DNA of 64,000 bases, taken from IMG/VR virus record IMGVR_UViG_3300008267_000028, one strand, 5' to 3'. The notes under the pieces are model-generated. The model made no database searches, had not been told where the DNA came from, and saw only the letters and a program-made list of their open reading frames with translations. The translations under genes were made by a program, and so were the position numbers. This document shows, piece by piece, positions 1 to 9,453 of this stretch; the stretch's first letter is position 1; every line of letters starts with the position of its first letter. Source of the stretch: an uncultured virus (IMG/VR IMGVR_UViG_3300008267_000028). Taxonomy: Duplodnaviria > Heunggongvirae > Uroviricota > Caudoviricetes.

Positions 1-275
1 GCCAGCCCGATGCCCGCCCAGTTAACGGGCCACGACACAACCGCGACCTCGGGGCAACCCTCGAAGTCCGCAAACGCCCTCTGGACCATCTCGACTTTCG
101 CCGTCTTACGAACACGCTCGGGAAAGTGGCAGTCCACCGCGACAACCTTCTCAGCCCCCAACCCAATGAGGTCGCGGGCCAACGACAACGAACCAGCCCC
201 CAGATCGTGAACGGTTCGCCCCTCCACAAAACGTCTGACAGTCTGCGCCTGCTTGTCGTTCAAGCGTCCGAACAT
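1..275 (-). CDS. Class I SAM-dependent methyltransferase-like protein (runs off window start)
   Basis: Hand translation from ATG at 275: MFGRLNDKQAQTVRRFVEGRTVHDLGAGSLSLARDLIGLGAEKVVAVD. It has motif I (VHDLGAG) and an acidic end to beta2 (VVAVD), and a TGATG overlap with the upstream gene. Confidence 0.6.
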   Translation of the reverse strand, partial: MFGRLNDKQAQTVRRFVEGRTVHDLGAGSLSLARDLIGLGAEKVVAVDCHFPERVRKTAKVEMVQRAFADFEGCPEVAVVSWPVNWAGIGL

Positions 276-484
276 CAGTTGACCCGTTTCAAACTTGTGA
301 GCCGGAACGTGTAGAGCCGCCCGTCGTGGTCGGCCCTCACCTTGGCGTGCAGGATGTTGGTCTGCCCCTGCCGGAAAACTTCCGTGACGGTTCCCGTGAG
401 TCCCGCCGCCGCATACGGCCCCTCACGCCTCTCAATGTCCCGCAAAAGACACACTCGGTCATCAGCGTGGATGTACCGCATCAC
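275..484 (-). CDS. hypothetical protein (small beta-rich)
   Basis: ORF whose stop overlaps the next start. Confidence 0.6.
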   Translation of the reverse strand: MMRYIHADDRVCLLRDIERREGPYAAAGLTGTVTEVFRQGQTNILHAKVRADHDGRLYTFRLTSLKRVN

Positions 485-626
485 TTGCCCCTTCGAGCGT
501 TACGCCGGGCCTGCCAACTCACCAAGGGGAGGACGGTACCGAACAGCATCAAGGCTACGGCGATGCCCGCCCCCATACACAGCAGGAACGGATGTTGCTG
601 CCAAAAGGGTCCGAGAGTCCACGCCA

Positions 627-881
627 TCACTTCACCGCGTCGTGTCGTTGCCGAACGATCCCGAAGTATTCGCTGCTCTCGAACCTCTCACGGTACACCC
701 GTCGGGCTTCCCTGAGAGTCTTGAACGGGCCGTCCCACGGCTCGGCTGGGCCATCTTGGAAAATCTTGTAGATGTAATACTCGGTCCACGACAGGGGGTG
801 TCCATCCCACTTGTCGGGCCACCGCTGGCGGCGCGTCTTGCCTTCCTTGAAGTCACTCGTGGTTCCGACTTTGGTTCGCAT
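627..881 (-). CDS. hypothetical protein
   Basis: ATG 10 nt after a GGTGTA box. Confidence 0.7.
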   Translation of the reverse strand: MRTKVGTTSDFKEGKTRRQRWPDKWDGHPLSWTEYYIYKIFQDGPAEPWDGPFKTLREARRVYRERFESSEYFGIVRQRHDAVK

Positions 882-890
882 GGACCCTTC

Positions 891-1202
891 TTACACCGGC
901 CCGTCGTCGAACTTGTCGTCTATCAAGAGTTCCCACGCCCCTCTGACCCGCACCGCCGCTACCCACCCCTCAAGCGCCTGCCGGTTGGCAGCCCCGTGTA
1001 GCTTCCAGACGATGGAGCCAGCCTCTAGGTGGGCCTTATCGGTCCACGTTTGGAAGAACGTGTGTTCCTTCTCGCAGTCCTCACACGAGAAACCCACCCT
1101 GCCGTCCTCGGGCCAAGTCGTACCGTAGATGCTGCGATGCCCCGTCTGCTGGACGTGTGCCTCAACCTTCCGCATGAGCGCCGCCCCCAGCAGGTCACTC
1201 AT
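891..1202 (-). CDS. hypothetical protein (CxxC; GAWELL-acidic tail)
   Basis: ORF; its TAA stop lies inside the class-1 box; alternative start at 1259. Confidence 0.6.
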   Translation of the reverse strand: MSDLLGAALMRKVEAHVQQTGHRSIYGTTWPEDGRVGFSCEDCEKEHTFFQTWTDKAHLEAGSIVWKLHGAANRQALEGWVAAVRVRGAWELLIDDKFDDGPV

Positions 1203-1407
1203 CGGCGGGAGTGTCGGCTTGCTCTCGACGCTGCTTGCGGTGGTGTGGGCGGGGTTCATAGGCGGGCCGCACCTTCACGAACACCGTGGCCTTGTCGCCC
1301 TCCTCGGGGATGTTGGAGATCACCACCAGCTTGCAAACCCCCAGCGGTATCTCGCAGACAATCGCCTCCCCGTGCGCCACCTCGATGACCTTACCCTCAA
1401 GCCTCAT
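1195..1407 (-). CDS. hypothetical protein
   Basis: Overlap-coupled ORF. Confidence 0.55.
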   Translation of the reverse strand: MRLEGKVIEVAHGEAIVCEIPLGVCKLVVISNIPEEGDKATVFVKVRPAYEPRPHHRKQRREQADTPADE

Positions 1408-1606
1408 GGCGAGCCTCCTCCGTCCACTCCACGGCTCCCGTCAGGTCATCACAGAGGTGCGGCCCCTCGTGACCCAACGGCCTGTGGCAGCGGTAGTAGC
1501 CCCCCTTGGTCGCCCCACACCACGGCGTCTCGAAGTCGGGCAGCTTTCGTGGCGCGGCGATCCACAGGACGGCCACCAGCGTCACCACACACAACAGGAT
1601 TGTCAC
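1397..1606 (-). CDS. small membrane-anchored hypothetical protein
   Basis: N-terminal hydrophobic helix, C/H-rich tail. Confidence 0.5.
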   Translation of the reverse strand: MTILLCVVTLVAVLWIAAPRKLPDFETPWCGATKGGYYRCHRPLGHEGPHLCDDLTGAVEWTEEARHEA

Positions 1607-1637
1607 CGCTCACCCGCCTTCGTGCTATCGTCAGGGT

Positions 1638-1820
1638 ATGGACACTTACGCACTCTTCAAGGCCCACCAAGCCCAAATCTTGATGGACCGCGCTATTGGG
1701 ATCACTTGGGAGCCTTCACAGGAGGAACCCGACGAGGACCTTGAAACCCTCTGGGACCGCCTCACCGATGATGAGAAAGCGGACCTTCGCCGCTGGCTCG
1801 AAGAACAGCAACGCATCTAA
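1638..1820 (+). CDS. hypothetical protein
   Basis: MDTYALF ORF, convergent with 1817..2095. Confidence 0.5.
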   Translation: MDTYALFKAHQAQILMDRAIGITWEPSQEEPDEDLETLWDRLTDDEKADLRRWLEEQQRI

Positions 1821-2095
1821 TCGTCTGCCAGCCTAGCCCAAAAGGTCGGCGTCAGCAGGGCAATACGCTCCTCGAAGTAGAGGATGCGTGCTTGCAGCTT
1901 CTTGATGTCATGCCGACGTTGGAGGACTCGGCGTTGCACGGCCCTCCAACGTGTCACCGCTTTCGCCCACCGGCCTCGCAGCACTCGCCTCGGAGGAATC
2001 TGAGGGATGTGGTCCTCCCTTGCGAGTCCCATGAGGGTCCCGAGGCGGCTCTTGGCGGCCTCCAACTTGTCATCCCAATACTTCAACGGTTTCAT
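1817..2095 (-). CDS. basic coiled-coil protein with C-terminal WxRL tag
   Basis: Ends TPTFWARLADD*. Confidence 0.65.
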   Translation of the reverse strand: MKPLKYWDDKLEAAKSRLGTLMGLAREDHIPQIPPRRVLRGRWAKAVTRWRAVQRRVLQRRHDIKKLQARILYFEERIALLTPTFWARLADD

Positions 2096-2228
2096 GGGGA
2101 GTGCCCGTCTATGGCCCGACGGGCAGGGCCATACCTTTTTGCGGCCACAATCGGGTATGCCTTATAGACTACCGCCAACCGTAAATGTTGGTTGGACGGG
2201 GCCGAAGTCCACCAAGTCCGTAGTTCTG

Positions 2229-2546
2229 TTAGGACTCGATGGCTGTCTTTAGAGCCTTGGACGGGGCGACCTTCACCTTCTTGAAGGCAGGCTTCGCCGC
2301 AACCGTCATCATCTCACCCGTAAACGGGTTCTTCTTCTGCTTGGCAGGCTGCGCGGGCTTGTCGAGCGACTTGATGCGGACGATGCCCGGCACCTCGACA
2401 ACCAGCCCCGCCTTGACGTTCTTGTGGGCGACCGCCGCGAGTGCGTCGAGGATCGTCTCAAGGGTCGCCCGCGACGGGGCCGACTCACCGATCTCCTCCT
2501 GCAACGCCACCAACAGATTCGCCTTCGTGAGCTTCTGACTCGCCAT
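2229..2546 (-). CDS. HU/IHF-family DNA-binding protein
   Basis: LTKANLL..., VEVPGIVRIK, KNPFTGEMMTVAAKPA..KVKVAPSKALK pattern; GAGAGG SD. Confidence 0.9.
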   Translation of the reverse strand: MASQKLTKANLLVALQEEIGESAPSRATLETILDALAAVAHKNVKAGLVVEVPGIVRIKSLDKPAQPAKQKKNPFTGEMMTVAAKPAFKKVKVAPSKALKTAIES

Positions 2547-2660
2547 CTTTTCTACCTCTCATGTGCGGGCGGTCTGACCGCCTCGTTGAACGTCCACAGG
2601 GACGTTATTGCTTGTCTTTCTGCCCCCTATCATACACCGAAGCCCTACAACAAGGGGCTT

Positions 2661-3341
2661 TCAATCGGCTGCCAGCCTGTCCCACGCCGTCGGAGGGGGT
2701 CGCAGCTTCTCCATCTTGGCTCGGGTGATCTCCAAGGCCCAGCGGAGCGTCTTTTCACTACAGCCGCGTTCCGACCCTGCCTCCATGCGGAACTCGATGT
2801 TGGTGTCGGGGCGATAAATCTGCTCCTGACCCATCCTCACCCTGACCTTGCCGTTCGCCACCGTGAACTCGACGAGCGGCTTGCCGTTGAGTTCCTTCTG
2901 AGTTGTCTCGCCCGCCCAGAGTTGACAGCGGAGCCGCAGGAACGGGAACGCTTCCGCGATCATCGCCCACTCGTCGCGGACCTCTTGGACGCTCGGCCAC
3001 TTGCCGACGTTGTAGTTGTTGGACCACACGCGGCCATCCCAAGTCAGCCAGCCATGCGGCCCACCAATCCAACTCGACATCACCCGCGAGTTGTAGAGGT
3101 AGGACAGCGGCAGGACACCCAGATCGTTCTCGACCTTCTGGATCGCCTCCCACGGGATGTTGGGGTAGTTGTCCTTGTGGTAGGGAACACCAAGGACGTC
3201 AGCGACCGTCCGTTCCCACTCACGATCATTCGAGAAGTGCTGCCATGAGTTGGTACGCACCAACACCTCGGCGGCCTGCTCCCTCGTGATGCTCTCACCC
3301 TGCACGGTCATGGCAGGCCACTTGGGCAGGGTGACGGTCAT
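2661..3341 (-). CDS. hypothetical protein with C-terminal WxRL tag
   Basis: Starts MTVTLPKW, ends PPPTAWDRLAAD*. Confidence 0.75.
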   Translation of the reverse strand: MTVTLPKWPAMTVQGESITREQAAEVLVRTNSWQHFSNDREWERTVADVLGVPYHKDNYPNIPWEAIQKVENDLGVLPLSYLYNSRVMSSWIGGPHGWLTWDGRVWSNNYNVGKWPSVQEVRDEWAMIAEAFPFLRLRCQLWAGETTQKELNGKPLVEFTVANGKVRVRMGQEQIYRPDTNIEFRMEAGSERGCSEKTLRWALEITRAKMEKLRPPPTAWDRLAAD

Positions 3342-3345
3342 CGCC

Positions 3346-3684
3346 TTATTGTGCCGTGGCATCCTTGGCCTCCTCCCCACTCCGAACAACTCGCCCATCC
3401 GCGCAGTAGATGATGATGCCGCTTCCCTTGTCGGCCATCTCCTCGGGCGTGATGGGATCGCCCCAGATGAGCGGCTGCTCCGTACCCTCTCCCGCCATGT
3501 CCCATCGGGACCCGCAGCAGGGACAGTCGCGGCCATCCTCAATACCGTCAAAGTAGATGCCGACTGACTCCGCGATCTTGTTGGCGGCCACCCCGTCGTC
3601 GGCCTCGATGAACACGTTGACGTCTAGGCGGTCGTCCCTTTGGAACGCCCCACCAGAGTTGTTCTGTCGGTAGTGGAAGAACAT
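3346..3684 (-). CDS. conserved phage protein (QNNSGG...CPCCGxRW)
   Basis: Motif pair I recall from phage hypothetical proteins; GGAG SD. Confidence 0.75.
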   Translation of the reverse strand: MFFHYRQNNSGGAFQRDDRLDVNVFIEADDGVAANKIAESVGIYFDGIEDGRDCPCCGSRWDMAGEGTEQPLIWGDPITPEEMADKGSGIIIYCADGRVVRSGEEAKDATAQ

Positions 3685-3740
3685 AGGATGGCTCCAAAGG
3701 AGGAGCGTGGATGAACCACGCTCCTCCCTGTCAGGTTCGC

Positions 3741-4862
3741 CTAGAGCGCCACAGAGGGCGTTGCAGCGGCCTTGTTGGCGATGTCGCGGTACTCGGACTC
3801 CGTGACCTGCATAACCTTGCCGTCGCGGATCGTGTAGAATCTCGCCAGATCGTACCGCTCAACGCCGTCAACCTCGAAGTAGCCCTTGAAGTACATCCCC
3901 TCTTGGTACTGGAGTCCCTTGACGTAATACTCGTGCTTCTTCGCCTGCATGACGCGGGAACGGATGAGTTTCTGGTTGTCGAGTTGCCGGAACATCCGCT
4001 CGTGCTTGAACGTCACGGGCTTGTCGTTGGCCTTGAAGTCATGCTTGACGGTCGGCCCGCTCGTCCCTCCAAAGAACAGGGGCGCGGTGCTGGAGCGAAC
4101 CAGCACCACCTTCATGGTCGGGTCCTCGGGGTACGCTTCAACCGACACAGCGTCCTTCCAGAGCGTCTCGCCCGCCCGCGTCTGGAGAGCGTCGGCCTCA
4201 GAGTCCGCGTGTCGGCACGCCCACTCCACAAACTCACGCTGCTTCTTGGCCGCCGCCTCGGACTCCTCGTGACCCCGCAGCAACTCGGCTTTGAGTTCGT
4301 CGTCCGTCCAAGTCGGGTTTGACTCGGCCATCTTGGCAACCGTCGTGACAGGCACCCCCATGAGGATCGCCTTCTCCGTCTCGGAACGCCCCTCAAGGGT
4401 CCGCTTCGGCTTGACGTCGGGAGGCGGCGCAGCCTTCTCGATGTCGGCCGCAAACCTCGGCATCTCGACGGGCGGTGCCACCTTGACGTCCTCGATGGGC
4501 TGCTCAACGTCCTCGATGGGCTGCTCGACCTCGGGGGTCTTGAACGGCAGGCTGTCCTGCACGGCCTTCTTGAGCCGCAGCGTCCCGTTGTCGAGTTCCT
4601 CCGCGTACTCGCTGATGGCTTTGCCGTTCACCTTCATGAACGTTCTGCGCCAACGGGCAAAGTTGTTGGCTGCCAACTGCTGGGCGGCGGGGCTGTTCTT
4701 TGCCTCGGCCCGCAGCTTCACGGCCTCACGCTTCAAATACTTGTTCCAAATCTTGACCACTTGATCGGGCGCACACACCTCGTGGATGACTCGGCAGAAC
4801 TCCTTGGCGGCCATCGAGTCGAGGTTACGCTCACCCACCACAGCCCTCTTGACTTCCGACAT
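3741..4862 (-). CDS. hypothetical protein
   Basis: Long ORF from MSEVKR; contains an EQPIEDV tandem duplication. Confidence 0.75.
   Translation of the reverse strand: MSEVKRAVVGERNLDSMAAKEFCRVIHEVCAPDQVVKIWNKYLKREAVKLRAEAKNSPAAQQLAANNFARWRRTFMKVNGKAISEYAEELDNGTLRLKKAVQDSLPFKTPEVEQPIEDVEQPIEDVKVAPPVEMPRFAADIEKAAPPPDVKPKRTLEGRSETEKAILMGVPVTTVAKMAESNPTWTDDELKAELLRGHEESEAAAKKQREFVEWACRHADSEADALQTRAGETLWKDAVSVEAYPEDPTMKVVLVRSSTAPLFFGGTSGPTVKHDFKANDKPVTFKHERMFRQLDNQKLIRSRVMQAKKHEYYVKGLQYQEGMYFKGYFEVDGVERYDLARFYTIRDGKVMQVTESEYRDIANKAAATPSVAL
4486..4526. repeat. 21-bp-period tandem duplication (VEQPIED x2)
   Basis: ACGTCCTCGATGGGCTGCTC at 4486 and 4507. Confidence 0.85.
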
Positions 4863-5032
4863 ATCCAGACACCTTTCAGTCCTGTTGCGGCGCGGCGGCC
4901 CGCGTGGGCCTCGGGGTCGCGGCGTGCGCCCCTTTGCGTGACCTTGGGTAGGACAAAACCCAGGCTGATCCCTCTTTACACCGCCGCGAAGAACGGCCTC
5001 GCCAAAAAACGACATCGGTGTAAGAGGGGATC

Positions 5033-5299
5033 ATGCTGACATGGAAACACCAGATTCCCTACCAGCCCGACACCGACCTCGGCACCGTCTGGATGGGCGA
5101 CGGCGGCGATGGCATGGCGGTGATCGCCTGCAAGGAACACGGCTACGAACTGACCGCTTGGTGGACAGGTCAGAAGGGCAAAGGCCAACTCACCGGCCAA
5201 CCCCCACCGACCTTCCCGACCCTTGAGGCTGCACAGGAGGAAGCCAATCGGCTAATCTTTGGGAGGACCGACGCTTGGACGCGCCTCTTGGAGGATTGA
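5033..5299 (+). CDS. hypothetical protein with C-terminal WxRL tag
   Basis: ATG 10 nt after a GGTGTA box; ends RTDAWTRLLED*. Confidence 0.75.
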   Translation: MLTWKHQIPYQPDTDLGTVWMGDGGDGMAVIACKEHGYELTAWWTGQKGKGQLTGQPPPTFPTLEAAQEEANRLIFGRTDAWTRLLED

Positions 5300-5562
5300 T
5301 GACGGCTCGTGAACGCTTCATTCACTTCGTCGTGCAGTTTGCGCCCAAGGGTGGTCAGGACCCCCTCGTTGAGGAAGCCCTCGGCATCGACCCCCGGCTG
5401 CTCGCTGCCTCGTCCGTCAATGAGGACGGTGACACGGAGATCGCCGCCCTCGAACGTCCAATGGAGGCGGCTTGGGAGTTCGTCCAGCACCGTCTGTACG
5501 GTGCGACTCGTCCCTACTGGTACCCTCGGATCGTCACCCCAGAGACTAGGCTGATCCGATAG
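5299..5562 (+). CDS. hypothetical protein
   Basis: TGATG coupling to the upstream gene. Confidence 0.6.
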   Translation: MTARERFIHFVVQFAPKGGQDPLVEEALGIDPRLLAASSVNEDGDTEIAALERPMEAAWEFVQHRLYGATRPYWYPRIVTPETRLIR

Positions 5563-5947
5563 CCCGCAGCGGTGCGAGGGGTACTTGCAGGATGCTCATG
5601 CCGTTGTCAGAGACGACGGCGGCCCACAACTGATCCTCGGGGATGTCGCCCCCCATCGCATCTGCACACTCGGGGTTGAACAACCTCGTGATGGTCTGCG
5701 CGATGGTGACGGGCAAGATATGGATGGTGGCACCGTTCTGGTTCGACACCACGATGGCCTCGATGTCGTCTCTCGCCTCGATGACGGTCGAGAGAGCCTG
5801 CGACACCTTCTTGGCCGTTGCATCCCGTGAGTCCGTCACAACAATGATAGGCTCCTCCCCCAACCCATCGCACTCCTCCAACAGGTGCGCGAGAGCCAGC
5901 ATGGCGACGTCCTTGTTTTGGTCCCACATCTTCAAACGGTCCGTCAT
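5546..5947 (-). CDS. hypothetical protein
   Basis: ORF from MTDRLKMW. Confidence 0.65.
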   Translation of the reverse strand: MTDRLKMWDQNKDVAMLALAHLLEECDGLGEEPIIVVTDSRDATAKKVSQALSTVIEARDDIEAIVVSNQNGATIHILPVTIAQTITRLFNPECADAMGGDIPEDQLWAAVVSDNGMSILQVPLAPLRAIGSA

Positions 5948-6161
5948 AGGGTGCCCTCTAATGGGAGGCTCGAACAAGGAAATGTGCGTTTTTTCGGAGG
6001 TTTTTTCATGAAGGTCGAACTCACCTGCCTGTCGTGTGGGGCGGTGGCCCAGCCCGAACCCTTGTCTCTGCCCCTATGCCTTGAATGTAGGAAGGCCGCC
6101 CAACCCAACGCCTCGGGCGTCAAGCGTGAGCGGCCTTCGCAGCCAAGCCCCACGGAAGCCC

Positions 6162-6428
6162 CTAGAGAGGCGGGGGAGGCTCTTGGAAGCCCTCGTTCGT
6201 GAACCCCATAGCGTTCGCCAACTCGTCCATGTGCTTGGGGCAGGGACACGTTGAAGCGATCATGTAGAACTCCAGCGGGGTCAGCGGCGGGGCCGTCTCC
6301 GCAGAGCCATCCCGCTCCTTCCACGGCATCCGATTGAACAGGCAGTCCATCTTGATGGATCGCCAGAGGTCGGAGCCGTCCGTCTCGACCAGAAACTCGC
6401 CGTGCGGGATTTCAATCCACTTTGTCAT
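6162..6428 (-). CDS. hypothetical protein
   Basis: ATG 10 nt after a GGTGTA box. Confidence 0.65.
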   Translation of the reverse strand: MTKWIEIPHGEFLVETDGSDLWRSIKMDCLFNRMPWKERDGSAETAPPLTPLEFYMIASTCPCPKHMDELANAMGFTNEGFQEPPPPL

Positions 6429-6437
6429 GAACCCCTC

Positions 6438-7399
6438 TTACACCGGCTCGTCGAGCCACCCGAAGGTTTCTTGCTCCAACCTTCTGCGAGCGTCCCGCAG
6501 CATCGTCAGGGTAGCCACCACGGCCTGCTCGCGGGCGGCCTCGTAAGAGTCAGCGTACCCGTGGATGAACTTGGCTCCATCGGCGGCTGTCACCGTCCAA
6601 CGGTCACGCTCGGCGGTCAGCCGCAGGCTGCCTAGCCCCACCCTTAGATTGCCTTCGTAGATGTCAACGCCCTCCTCGGTCCTCTTTCGCCACATCACCC
6701 GCCCCGACGCAGCGTACACGGACGCCACGCGGCAAAAACCCGAAGGTCGGTTCCTTGAAAGGTACGTCGTTCCAAGACCCATGCCGCAGGTTGAAAATGA
6801 GTCTCGGCCCGAAGTGCGGATTCAGCACAACGTCGAACTTGCTGCCCTGCTCGTCCCAAAACATGATGCCCGCGTAGTCCTCACAGGCGTATGTCTCGTA
6901 CCGTATCGGGGGATCGACCTCGAAGATGAACCGCTCGTCTCCAGGTACCTGTAGGGTCTGGGTCATCGCTCGGCATCCTCGTCGAACGTGAAGTATTCCG
7001 CGATCTCGTTCAAGACCGCCTGTGCGATGGCGTCCTGCACTTGATCGGGCGTCGGTGTGGCGGTGTGCTTGTAGGCTCGATTCCAGCCGTACCGCACCCC
7101 CTCCTCGACGGCTCTCACCAACACAGGGTAGGACTTGACCCGCATCCCTCCCTCGACGGGATTCTTCATCACCAACTCCACAGGGCTTCGATGAGTGCGA
7201 AAGGCCAGCACAGGGCCACTCGTAGGGTGCCTCCCAGCAAGTCACACACCATATAGAAGGGGTTGTTGAACTCTAGCCAACGGTCTGTCAGCCAGACCCA
7301 CCACCACGCAACAACGGCAAGCATCGTCGCCACCGCATAGCCGGTGACGGCGACCTCCAACACGTTTTCCATGACACCCTCGGAGTGATCCGGGGTCAA
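6438..7399 (-). CDS. cluster of four small hypothetical genes (approx. 6438-6695, 6664-6966, 6963-7145, 7169-7399)
   Basis: Overlap-coupled minus-strand ORFs; the last is hydrophobic. Confidence 0.55.
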
Positions 7400-7426
7400 C
7401 AGCCTAGTCGCACCCCTCTCGGGGCG

Positions 7427-8065
7427 TCAACCTACCTTTAGGAGTTTCCACCCAATACCGGCACGCTTGGCGGTCCTTAGCGCCCTCGACAGGTCACGGC
7501 AGAAACGCAGCTTGCGGCCAGCGTAGAACCACTTGACCCCGTACAGGATGGTCACGGCCCGATCCGACACCCCGATGTCCATGCTCTTGGAGGACTCGCC
7601 CGCTTCCACGAACCCGTCCATGACCGCGTTCCTGCCGTACTGGTGGACGGACTCCAGCCACTCTCGCCACTCTCGGTAGCGGGCCACCCACTCGTCGGGA
7701 ACCCCCTCATGCTCAACCACCGGGCGGTCGTTCTCGTCCCTGCCGACCTCCCGCGTCTGGTAGCCCGTCCAGAAATCGTACCAGCCGTGTTCCCACGGCT
7801 CGATGAACAGACGGCGCTCCGTCGGGTCCGATACCTCGGAGAGCGGTGTGTTGGACGATGCCTTCTGGATATGGACGGTCAGCAGGCCGTCGGGGCTTTT
7901 CCATGACCCCTCCCAGCCGTCCGACACAAACCCTTCGGGTGTGAACCTCGGGGGCGGCTCGCCAGCGATGTCTCGGGGCAGACGGACCTTCATGTAGGCT
8001 CGGCCACCAAAGAGTGACCCGAGACGGCCTCGCATGAGCCGCTTCTTGATAGCGCGTGCGTTCAT
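7427..8065 (-). CDS. hypothetical protein
   Basis: 212-aa ORF with ATGA overlap to 8062..8358. Confidence 0.7.
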   Translation of the reverse strand: MNARAIKKRLMRGRLGSLFGGRAYMKVRLPRDIAGEPPPRFTPEGFVSDGWEGSWKSPDGLLTVHIQKASSNTPLSEVSDPTERRLFIEPWEHGWYDFWTGYQTREVGRDENDRPVVEHEGVPDEWVARYREWREWLESVHQYGRNAVMDGFVEAGESSKSMDIGVSDRAVTILYGVKWFYAGRKLRFCRDLSRALRTAKRAGIGWKLLKVG

Positions 8066-8358
8066 GTCAGCCTCGCAACAGCCTGGTCGATGTAAAAGAG
8101 GGCAACGGATCGGGGATCGAAGTCATCCTCCGACACATACCGCGCCACCACCTTCTCAAGGTGCCGCTCATAGAGCGTCATCACACCCTGTCGGGTCAGG
8201 GAGTAGCCCTCCTTGAGCCTCTGGTTGACCTCCATGAGCAAGATGGAGAGCGCGGCGGTGAGTTCGGGAGCCGCCAACCCCGTAGGGTCGTTCAACTCCC
8301 ACTCCTCCGACGTACAGGGTATGTCGAACTCGACTCGGCCCAGCGGGATGGTACGCAT
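8062..8358 (-). CDS. hypothetical protein
   Basis: ATG 10 nt after a GGTGTA box. Confidence 0.7.
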   Translation of the reverse strand: MRTIPLGRVEFDIPCTSEEWELNDPTGLAAPELTAALSILLMEVNQRLKEGYSLTRQGVMTLYERHLEKVVARYVSEDDFDPRSVALFYIDQAVARLT

Positions 8359-8367
8359 GATCCCTTC

Positions 8368-8712
8368 TTACACCGGGCTAGGATTCGCCCACTCGTACAA
8401 ACGCTCAAAGAGCGCCCCCAGCCGCACCATCTGGTGCGCCGAACAGGCGTGAATGTAGCCCCCGTCCGCGAAGTTGTTGTGGCTACACCCGTCGAACCTG
8501 ATGGTACCTCGGACAAGCGGCGTTACGGCCTCCGCGTCCGTCGGCCACCGCTCCGCGCCGTTCTCGTCGAAGTCTCGGAAACGCAACCCGTCACCGTACT
8601 CGACGAGTTCCCGTACCTCGTACTCGCAGGCGGCCTCGTTGACCCGGCGCAGCCTCGCGTGCAGGAACAGGTCCGTGTACTGGCGGGACTCCCACGGGGC
8701 GACTTCAAGCAT
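8368..8712 (-). CDS. hypothetical protein
   Basis: ORF; stop lies within a class-1 box. Confidence 0.65.
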   Translation of the reverse strand: MLEVAPWESRQYTDLFLHARLRRVNEAACEYEVRELVEYGDGLRFRDFDENGAERWPTDAEAVTPLVRGTIRFDGCSHNNFADGGYIHACSAHQMVRLGALFERLYEWANPSPV

Positions 8713-9259
8713 GGGGGTTGCCTTTTGACTTGGGACTCTGCTTCTGTTTCGGAGTGATCGGCCCGCCCTCGTGACGACGCTGCTTGCCCGTCACGATGTC
8801 GCTGATTGTTCCCATCCCCATCTGGTAACGGGCAGACAGGTCCTTGAGGGACGCCCCAGCGGCCCGGGCCTCCCGCATCGCCACCACGTCCTCGGTGGTG
8901 AGCTTCCGCAGGTGCGATGACGCCAGCATGGCGTGGGCAAGCCGATCCTCGGGGCGACGGTCCTGCATATTGTCCGAGTGCGTCCCGATGCCGATATTGT
9001 CGATGTGGTTGTTGTGTGGGTTGCCGTCGAGGTGACGGACCACAATACCCTCGCCGTAGAGCCGCTCCCCAAACTTCTGGAAGGCTTGGAAGCGATGCAC
9101 GGACATCTTCGGGGCGGTCTTGTCGTAGGTGAAAACTAGGTAGCCGCGTTCGTCCCCCATCAGCTTCAAGGCGTTGCCTTTCAGCCCGATGACGACCCCC
9201 TCGGGCGTCACCTCGTAACCCTTCTCGTGTGCGATCTTCTCGTGATGTGTTTTGGTCAT
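8705..9259 (-). CDS. HNH homing endonuclease with C-terminal HTH
   Basis: VHRF...VVRHLDGNPHNNHIDNIGIGTHSDNMQD HNH motif; SLKDLSARYQMGMGTISDIV HTH. Confidence 0.9.
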   Translation of the reverse strand: MTKTHHEKIAHEKGYEVTPEGVVIGLKGNALKLMGDERGYLVFTYDKTAPKMSVHRFQAFQKFGERLYGEGIVVRHLDGNPHNNHIDNIGIGTHSDNMQDRRPEDRLAHAMLASSHLRKLTTEDVVAMREARAAGASLKDLSARYQMGMGTISDIVTGKQRRHEGGPITPKQKQSPKSKGNPHA

Positions 9260-9282
9260 GGCCCCTTCTTACACCGACGCCC

Positions 9283-9337
9283 AAAAAAGTCGCTGCCCCT
9301 TTTGACCCCCTCGTGAAGGGACCCAAAGGGACAGCGA
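9283..9337 (-). terminator. long intrinsic terminator-like hairpin
   Basis: Minus strand TCGCTGTCCCTTT...AAAAGGGGCAGCGA followed by CTTTTTT. Confidence 0.7.
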
Positions 9338-9453
9338 GCCGTACCGTCGCCTCTACACAGACTCCGTTGAACCCCCGTGTGTATCCGGGGTAGGGCGTCT
9401 CGGCCGGGACTAGCCGCTGTCAACCTTCTTGCGGTCCCAAATCCTACGCAGAG

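Noticed and set aside
1740..1775. ETLWDRLTDDE as another copy of the WxRL tag
   Set aside because: Internal and continues into an ordinary helix; could be chance, so it was not counted.
8705..9450. HNH gene as part of a group I intron
   Set aside because: The flanking ORFs do not look like halves of one split gene, and the HNH gene has its own class-1 box.
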